NCBI GenBank assembly: GCA_038204425.1
Contig: JBBRCZ010000001.1
Coordinates: 192,001-256,000, forward strand
Origin: Spirochaetia bacterium
GTDB lineage: Bacteria; Spirochaetota; Spirochaetia; DSM-27196; Salinispiraceae
DNA: 64,000 nt
Direction of reading: 5' to 3'
Shown here in pieces: positions 57,781 through 64,000 of this stretch. Both the position numbers and the translations under genes were made by a program. The notes beneath the pieces were generated by a model that was not told the origin of the DNA, made no database searches, and saw only the letters and a list, made by a program, of their open reading frames with translations. The first letter of the stretch is position 1; each line of letters starts with the position of its first letter.

Positions 57781-58575
57781 TCATGTTTCAAGCTCAGTAG
57801 CACGTCGAGCTGCAGCCATTACAGCGTTCATGATTCCGGCGCGGAATCCAGCCTGTTCAAGCTCATTAATCCCAGCGATGGTTGTTCCGCCAGGACTACA
57901 AACACGACTAACCATTTCGCTGGGGTGCACACTTGCAGAGCGCAGGCTGGCCAGAGCACCGTCTACCACAGCCAAGCAAAGCTCAAGACTCTTGGCGTAG
58001 GCAATTCCAGCTTGGGTACCAGCCATAGCCATAGCATGAATAAACTCAAATACAAAGGCGATACCCGATCCACTAACGCCGACAACGGCGCTCATCAAGT
58101 GTTCGGGAACTTCTAAGGAGATTCCAATGGCACTAGATAGCGCCACGACTTCTTTTTTAAAGTCTTCTCTGGCGTTTGCAGAAAAACTAATACCTGTTAC
58201 TGATTTTCCACAGGAAGCGGCTAAATTGGGCATGAGTCTGGCAACCTGGGCGGTCCCACAGTGCTTGAGGTAAGTTTCTAAGGTCTTCCCAGCCAAGATG
58301 GTGATAATCTTGGCTGTTTTTGTGAGCGGTGCAATAGCGGTAAGCAGGGACTCCAGGTCTTGAGGCTTGATCGCAATCAGAATGTAGTCTGATTTGGCAA
58401 AAAAAGCAGCCATATCGCCTGTAAAGTCTTTGGCGTGATACTTTTCCACGGCGACTTGGATTCGATCGGGTGATTTTTCTACCACGTTAATGTCCAAGTC
58501 GTGATTAACCTTGAGCACGCCCTCGGCAATTGCTTCACCCATATTGCCAAAACCAATAATTCCGAGACTTTTCAT
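57781..58575 (-). CDS. proC: pyrroline-5-carboxylate reductase
   Basis: Motifs IIGFGNMG, AIKPQ, RLMPN, SGSG, CSPGGTTIAG. Confidence 0.95.
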   Translation of the reverse strand: MKSLGIIGFGNMGEAIAEGVLKVNHDLDINVVEKSPDRIQVAVEKYHAKDFTGDMAAFFAKSDYILIAIKPQDLESLLTAIAPLTKTAKIITILAGKTLETYLKHCGTAQVARLMPNLAASCGKSVTGISFSANAREDFKKEVVALSSAIGISLEVPEHLMSAVVGVSGSGIAFVFEFIHAMAMAGTQAGIAYAKSLELCLAVVDGALASLRSASVHPSEMVSRVCSPGGTTIAGINELEQAGFRAGIMNAVMAAARRATELET

Positions 58576-59096
58576 AAAGTGTCCTTTGCATTTAAATGAT
58601 GCATGTCCAAGACAGAACTTGTCTCAACAAGATCGGGGAAGTTATTTTGCCTCATAACATCATAGGCCGCTATCGCAACGGTATTTGAAAGATTTAGTGA
58701 ACGAATGTTCTCTCCCATTGGTACCCTAAGGGTTTGAGACCTAAAACGTTCTAGCAAATTTATTGGCAAACCCGCTGTCTCTTTACCAAATACAAGGAAA
58801 CAGGGCAGGTCGATCTTTTGTTCAAAATACTTCTTGGAAGACTTAGTGCTAAAAAACCAAAGCTTGTCCGTATTCTCTCTGCCAATGGATTGCAGAAAAT
58901 CTTCAAAGTTATCGTGAACTCTAAGTGCCAGCTTGTCCCAATAGTCAAGGCCAGCTCGCCGAATTGAAGCCTGGTCAATAGAAAAACCCAACGGCTTAAT
59001 AAGATGCAAAACAGCTCCCAAGGCTGCACAGGTTCGCGCAATATTGCCGGTGTTCTGAGGAATCTCTGGCTCCAACAAGACGATATTGAGAGCCAT
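58572..59096 (-). CDS. trmL: tRNA (cytidine/uridine34-2'-O)-methyltransferase
   Basis: Motifs PEIPQNTGNIARTC, RRAGLDYW, FGKETAGL, RSLNLSN. Confidence 0.95.
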   Translation of the reverse strand: MALNIVLLEPEIPQNTGNIARTCAALGAVLHLIKPLGFSIDQASIRRAGLDYWDKLALRVHDNFEDFLQSIGRENTDKLWFFSTKSSKKYFEQKIDLPCFLVFGKETAGLPINLLERFRSQTLRVPMGENIRSLNLSNTVAIAAYDVMRQNNFPDLVETSSVLDMHHLNAKDTL

Positions 59097-59290
59097 TACA
59101 AAAGCAAATCTTTTCTTAGCGATTCAATGAGGGTCTTAGCACGCTGACAGGTATCTAAAACTATCAGCGCATCAGGATGGGAGGCATGGCTAGACCCGAG
59201 GTCGTCAGCGATTAGCTCGGCAGAACTAAAAATGATGGCCAGCAGATTGTTTATGTCATGGATGTTCTTTTCTATTTCCTTTGGCGCCAT
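59096..59290 (-). CDS. 64-aa stand-alone HisKA/DHp-like protein
   Basis: H-box HDINNLL in a two-helix hairpin; SD AGGAG; TAATG overlap with trmL. Confidence 0.7.
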   Translation of the reverse strand: MAPKEIEKNIHDINNLLAIIFSSAELIADDLGSSHASHPDALIVLDTCQRAKTLIESLRKDLLL

Positions 59291-59309
59291 TCAACGCACT
59301 CCTGTCAAG

Positions 59310-59816
59310 CTATGCCTTTTTTGCTGCTTCCAATGCTTTGCCGTAATCTGGTTCTTGAGCGATTTCTGGTACTTGTTCAGTGTAAACAACTCTGTCCTGT
59401 TTATCAATTACCACTATCGCTCTGCTCAAAAGTCCTGCTAATGGTCCATCAACAATGTCTACGCCATAAGCAGAACCAAATGATCCATCTCGCAAAGAAG
59501 AAAGTGTAAGCACGTTGTTGATACTCTCACTTTTACAGAATCTATTTTGGGCAAAGGGTAGGTCTTTACTGATGGTAAGTACCACGGTATCAGCCAAGCG
59601 GGCAACTTCAAGATCTAATCGACGCGTACTTGCGGCACAGACCCCGGTATCAAGTGAAGGAACGATGTTAAGGATCTTAACTTTTCCATCATAGTTAGAA
59701 AGGCTGACATCGCTCAGATCTGATTTGGTAAGCATAAAGTTTGGGGCCGTTGTCCCGATGGCCGGCAACTGTGATACCGTATGAATAGGTTTTCCTTTAA
59801 ATGTAATGGTGGCCAT
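59310..59816 (-). CDS. tpx: thiol peroxidase
   Basis: Motifs PSLDTGVC, DLPFAQNRFC, GLLSRA, EPDY. Confidence 0.95.
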   Translation of the reverse strand: MATITFKGKPIHTVSQLPAIGTTAPNFMLTKSDLSDVSLSNYDGKVKILNIVPSLDTGVCAASTRRLDLEVARLADTVVLTISKDLPFAQNRFCKSESINNVLTLSSLRDGSFGSAYGVDIVDGPLAGLLSRAIVVIDKQDRVVYTEQVPEIAQEPDYGKALEAAKKA

Positions 59817-59869
59817 GATTACTCCTTGCTAAAGTTTACCTAATTTCTAGGGTATTTACAATCTCATTC

Positions 59870-61903
59870 TCATTCGTGCTCGTGTTCGCCTTCAACTACT
59901 TGATGAATGTTTTTAAAGCTGCGAAGTTCTTTGATCAGTTTCTTGAAATCTGTTGCACGCGGCATTTCTAAACTAAAATTGCCTTCCAAGTAGTCACCCT
60001 GGGCTTCGTCAATTTTGCCGGAAATCATATGTCCCTTGTACTTTTTTACTAGTCCCTCAATGTCTCCAAAAAGCCCACCAGAATGAAAGGCTTTAATCTT
60101 TATCTGCTTGGTGATACGTGGGGAAATAGACTCCCATTCAACTTCCAAACTACGTTCCGCTAGGTCACTTATGTTACCAAGATTGCTGCAGTTTCTGCGA
60201 TGGATCATGATGCCGCGACCACGGGAAACGTAGCCAATTATGTCGTCTCCAACTACTGGTTCACAACAGTTTGCAAATCGAATCATAAGGTTTCTCTCGT
60301 CGCCAACCTTTATCCCCGTCCGTGGCAGAGTTGGTTTTTCTGCTCCAACTATAGGAAGGTCTTTGCCAAGAATGTTTTGGCTATTTGTTGTAGCGTCAGA
60401 CTTCTTGCTAGTTATAGACGGAGCGGGTGGCTTACGCGCTACGATGTTTCTGTCTATTATGAGATTCTCATCGTGGTGATTTAGCCAAGCTCTAATTTTT
60501 TGTCTTGTGCGTCCTGTTTTGACGGCCCGTAGCCAATCAACGTGAGGATGAGCATGTGCATTGGTAATTATTTCAATTACCTGGGTATTCTTTAGTGAAG
60601 CCTTTAATGGAATTATTGCACCGTCAGCCTTGGCGGCACTAGCGTGATGTCCCACCTCGGTATGGATATGGTAGGCAAAATCAATTGCTGTTGAGTCTTT
60701 AGGTAACTGAACTACGTTTCCCTTGGGCGTAAAAACATAGATTGAGTCCCGCAGTAGCTCTTTCTTGATCTCTTCCAAAAAGTCACCCGATCCAATCTTT
60801 ACGTTATTGAGATCGCGCAGACGGTTGATGATAGTTAGGTCTGCCGGCTGAATTTGTTCTTTGTGTTGGACTCTTTTATAAACCCAGTGGGCAGCTACGC
60901 CAAATTCTGCAGTTTCATCCATTTGACGAGTTCTGATCTGAATTTCGGTAAGTCTGCCATCATAACACATCACCGTGGTATGAAGACTCTGGTAGCGGTT
61001 GGCCTTGGGCATTGCAATGTAGTCTTTAAACCGTCCTTCTATGGGCATCCACAAACGGTGTACTAGTCCAAGCAAGATGTAACAGTCATGCATCGTGTCA
61101 CACAAAATTCGTATGCCCAATAGGTCATAGATTTCGTCTAGTGACTTGTTGCGCTCCTTCATTTTGCTATAGATGGAATAAAAATGTTTGGCTCGTGTTT
61201 CCACTTCTACAACTAAACTCTCGACCAAAGAAGCCTGTTCAATGGCACTAGCAACCCGCACCAAGTAGTCTGATCGTTCGTTCTTCTTGGATGCTACATA
61301 CTCTTTGATCTGCTGGTATACTTCCGGATGCAGAAACTTGAGACTTAGGTCTTCCAACTCGTCCTTCATCCAACTAATACCCAAGCGTGCAGCAAGCGGA
61401 GCAAAAATATCCAAAGTATCATGAGCGGTGGATTTCTGTTTATCGACAGGCTTATGTTGCAGGGTTCTCATGTTGTGAAGCTTATCAGCTAATTTTATGA
61501 GAATAATTCTAATGTCTTTGACCATCGCAAAGAGCATTTTTCTGATGGTCTCTGCTTCGGCCGCGTTCTTGTTCTTGGTTTTTACAATATCAATTTTGGT
61601 TACACCAAATACCAGTGATTCTACCTCTTTGCCAAATTGCTCTCTGAGCTCGGTCCGAGATAGGCTTGTATCTTCCAGCGTATCGTGAAGAAAAGCTGCA
61701 GCTAGGGTAACCGAATCCATTTGCATGTCCCACAGAATTTCTGCAACTTCGAGAGGGTGTATAAAGTACGGTTCGCCACTGGCCCGCTTTTGACCTTGAT
61801 GCAGAATCTCAGCTTTAGATGCTGCTCGTCGTACCAAAGCAACTTCTTGCTCGGTAAGTGTTTTTGCGAGATCTTCTAGAAATGTTTCAATACGCGTATG
61901 CAA
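59870..61903 (-). CDS. rel: bifunctional (p)ppGpp synthetase/hydrolase Rel
   Basis: HD hydrolase (LHDTLED), RFKD synthetase, YQSLHT, TGS, CC/zinc and ACT-like domains. Confidence 0.95.
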   Translation of the reverse strand: MHTRIETFLEDLAKTLTEQEVALVRRAASKAEILHQGQKRASGEPYFIHPLEVAEILWDMQMDSVTLAAAFLHDTLEDTSLSRTELREQFGKEVESLVFGVTKIDIVKTKNKNAAEAETIRKMLFAMVKDIRIILIKLADKLHNMRTLQHKPVDKQKSTAHDTLDIFAPLAARLGISWMKDELEDLSLKFLHPEVYQQIKEYVASKKNERSDYLVRVASAIEQASLVESLVVEVETRAKHFYSIYSKMKERNKSLDEIYDLLGIRILCDTMHDCYILLGLVHRLWMPIEGRFKDYIAMPKANRYQSLHTTVMCYDGRLTEIQIRTRQMDETAEFGVAAHWVYKRVQHKEQIQPADLTIINRLRDLNNVKIGSGDFLEEIKKELLRDSIYVFTPKGNVVQLPKDSTAIDFAYHIHTEVGHHASAAKADGAIIPLKASLKNTQVIEIITNAHAHPHVDWLRAVKTGRTRQKIRAWLNHHDENLIIDRNIVARKPPAPSITSKKSDATTNSQNILGKDLPIVGAEKPTLPRTGIKVGDERNLMIRFANCCEPVVGDDIIGYVSRGRGIMIHRRNCSNLGNISDLAERSLEVEWESISPRITKQIKIKAFHSGGLFGDIEGLVKKYKGHMISGKIDEAQGDYLEGNFSLEMPRATDFKKLIKELRSFKNIHQVVEGEHEHE

Positions 61904-61910
61904 AAGACAC

Positions 61911-62804
61911 CTACTTTAAGGCCAACAAACAACGTGGATTTCCTGTCAAATCAACCTTAGTTACAATATCGGAAAAACCAGTGCATTCTAGCAAGACCTT
62001 GATCAAATTTTCTTGCTGGTCGCCAATTTCCAGAAAAAGTGCACCACGGTTTCTTAAACGTTTGTAGGCTTGTGGGATCAGATCTCGATATAAATCCAGA
62101 CCATCTTTGCCACCATCTAAAGCTATTCTTGGTTCGCCCCAATAACTTGCCGGCATTCCCGGGTCAAGCTGATTTTGGGGCAAGTAGGGTGGATTGCTGC
62201 AAATGAGATCAAACGTCGCGCGGCCATCAGCTGTTTGTCTGCAAACGTCGACATCTTGCAGTAAGTCTGCCTTTACGAGTATATGCTCGCAGGCCGGGAC
62301 GAGCCGTGCTAGGTTGCGTGCTGCGACATCAAGCGCATCCTGAGAAATATCAGAGGCAGAAAAGTGTAGTCTTGGCCACTCGGATTTGCAAAAAAAAGCA
62401 AGAGCGGTGATGATGCACCCACTTCCAGTGCAACAATCATGGATAAAGAAGGGTTGAGAAACGTCTGTCTTTTGTTGGATATAATCCAAGGCTTCGCCAA
62501 CCAAACATTCAGTGTCAGGTCGTGGTATTAGTACTCGTTCATCAACAAAAAAGTCTAAGCCCATAAACTCCTTGTGGCCAACAATATAGGCAATTGGTTT
62601 TCCCTGGGCTCTTTGTTGCGCGAGCTCCAACATTAAGACCTCTTGTACCCTAGTAACTGAGTCATTGAGTCTGTTGAGCAATTGGGCTGTATCGACTTTC
62701 ATCACAAAACAAGCAATAAGGCGTGCGTCAAGTGAAATGCTCGAAGTGTCGTGACCTTCTGCGATGACGGTTCTCATCGACTTTAGTGCCTGGGATAGAG
62801 TCAT
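61911..62804 (-). CDS. prmC: release factor glutamine methyltransferase
   Basis: Motifs LIPRPDTE, CTGSGCI, SNPPY, ALDGGKDGL. Confidence 0.95.
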   Translation of the reverse strand: MTLSQALKSMRTVIAEGHDTSSISLDARLIACFVMKVDTAQLLNRLNDSVTRVQEVLMLELAQQRAQGKPIAYIVGHKEFMGLDFFVDERVLIPRPDTECLVGEALDYIQQKTDVSQPFFIHDCCTGSGCIITALAFFCKSEWPRLHFSASDISQDALDVAARNLARLVPACEHILVKADLLQDVDVCRQTADGRATFDLICSNPPYLPQNQLDPGMPASYWGEPRIALDGGKDGLDLYRDLIPQAYKRLRNRGALFLEIGDQQENLIKVLLECTGFSDIVTKVDLTGNPRCLLALK

Positions 62805-62830
62805 GATTGTCTACGGGCCTTATACATAAA

Positions 62831-63895
62831 CTATAGTGACTCTTTCAATGCTTCTTCGCGATGGGAAATGAGTAATGGCTCAATAACTTGGTCAAGCTCG
62901 CCTTCAATAATTTTGTCCAAATGATAGAGTGTGAGGTTGATGCGATGATCGGTAAGTCTATTTTGCGGGAAATTGTACGTTCTGATACGTTCGCTTCGAT
63001 CGCCTGACCCAATCTGCGTTTTTCTGGTGGCCGAAATCTCAGCAAGCCTTTTGCCCTCTTCGAGTTCAAAGAGTCTTGCCTTGAGCACGCGCATTGCCTT
63101 AGCTTTGTTTTTTAACTGGGATTTTTCGTCTTGACAGATAACAACAAGTCCGGAAGGCAGATGGGTTATTCTAACGGCGCTATCGGTTGTGTTTACTGAC
63201 TGACCGCCTGGACCGCCCGACCGATAGGAATCAATTCTCAGATCGTTGTCATTGATCACAATGTCGGTTTCTTCTGCTTCTGGTAAGACTGCAACTGTAC
63301 AAGCAGACGTGTGGATACGACCACTGTTTTCCGTTTCTGGAACACGCTGTACTCGGTGTCCACCGGATTCAAACTTAAGTGTGCCGTAGACATTGTTTCC
63401 ACTGATAGAAAATACAATTTCTTTTATGCCACCAAGTTCTGATTGACTGGCAGACATTACATCTGTTTTCCAGCCTTTAAGCTCACAGTAGCGTGAGTAC
63501 ATGCGGTAGAGGTCAGCGGCAAAAAGGCCAGCCTCGTCACCGCCAGTTCCTGCTCGAATTTCCATTATAATGCTTTTGTTGTCGAGCGGATCTTTTGGAA
63601 TTAACAAGTAATGCAAGTCTTGTTCCAACTGGCTATGTTTGGCTTGAATCTCCTTGAGTTCTTCCTTTGCCATTTCCCGCATTTCCGGGTCGGCTTCTTC
63701 TATCATAGCCTGAGTATTGGCCAAATCAGCTTCCAAACTAGTAAACTGATCAAACTTGCCAACAATTTCGGCCAGAGAAGCCAGTTCTCTGGTCATTGCA
63801 AGGTATCTTTTGGTGTCCTTGACAACCTCAGGGATGCCAATTTCGTCTGACAATTGTTTGTAGCGATGCTGGAGACCCAGTAGACGATCTATCAT
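62831..63895 (-). CDS. prfA: peptide chain release factor 1
   Basis: GGQ motif, PET (PxT) recognition motif, EIRAGTGGDEA. Confidence 0.97.
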   Translation of the reverse strand: MIDRLLGLQHRYKQLSDEIGIPEVVKDTKRYLAMTRELASLAEIVGKFDQFTSLEADLANTQAMIEEADPEMREMAKEELKEIQAKHSQLEQDLHYLLIPKDPLDNKSIIMEIRAGTGGDEAGLFAADLYRMYSRYCELKGWKTDVMSASQSELGGIKEIVFSISGNNVYGTLKFESGGHRVQRVPETENSGRIHTSACTVAVLPEAEETDIVINDNDLRIDSYRSGGPGGQSVNTTDSAVRITHLPSGLVVICQDEKSQLKNKAKAMRVLKARLFELEEGKRLAEISATRKTQIGSGDRSERIRTYNFPQNRLTDHRINLTLYHLDKIIEGELDQVIEPLLISHREEALKESL

Positions 63896-63904
63896 AGTTT
63901 TTCC

Positions 63905-64000
63905 TTAGCTTCTTGTTTTTGTGTTGATAAGTAAGAATCCAAAAATACCTCCGCATGCGCCACCTATAAGATGAGCAAACTGGGAAATATCATCCTTTTG
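63905..64000 (-). CDS. rhomboid-family protease, C-terminal fragment (window edge)
   Basis: QKDDISQFAHLIGGACGGIFGFLL...stop; AHxxG motif. Confidence 0.7.
   Translation of the reverse strand, partial: QKDDISQFAHLIGGACGGIFGFLLINTKTRS

Noticed and set aside
1..64000. CRISPR arrays, rRNA, IS elements and the many 60-140 aa overlapping ORFs
   Set aside because: No regularly spaced repeats or transposase motifs seen by eye; the short ORFs are shadows of well-supported genes.

Overview
Core-chromosome segment of a bacterium that is almost certainly a spirochete (order Spirochaetales). This is inferred from a TP0733-like beta-barrel next to folD, a pallilysin-related lipoprotein, and the gene orders rpoZ-miaA-bS22, cdaA-cdaR-acpS-DUF2225-truA-UDG-priA and prfA-prmC-rel. 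Most of the window is housekeeping: folate/purine genes (folD, folE2, an AICAR-transformylase-only purH, purB-guaB-purA-guaA, folB, folP), pyrK-pyrD, RNA modification, DNA repair, acnA, serS, proC, rel, and three tRNAs (Ala-CGC, Arg-TCT, Pro-TGG). I see no CRISPR array, rRNA, transposase, integrase or phage gene. Three small genes are missing from the ORF track (a ferredoxin, a 57-aa basic protein, ribosomal bS22), and rpoZ is mis-started there. The most interesting items are: (i) a two-gene operon pairing a FlhG/MinD-type ATPase with a ~300-aa extension and a soluble class III nucleotidyl cyclase with a variant active site; (ii) a 64-aa stand-alone histidine phosphoacceptor (DHp) protein, plus a separate ChpT-like pseudokinase; (iii) many apparently leaderless sigma70 promoters, including a bidirectional one and one covered by a perfect 10-bp palindrome (purB); (iv) a 1.6-kb decayed region beside the tRNAs and an internally deleted ROK relic. 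All family calls come from motif recognition by eye, not database searches.
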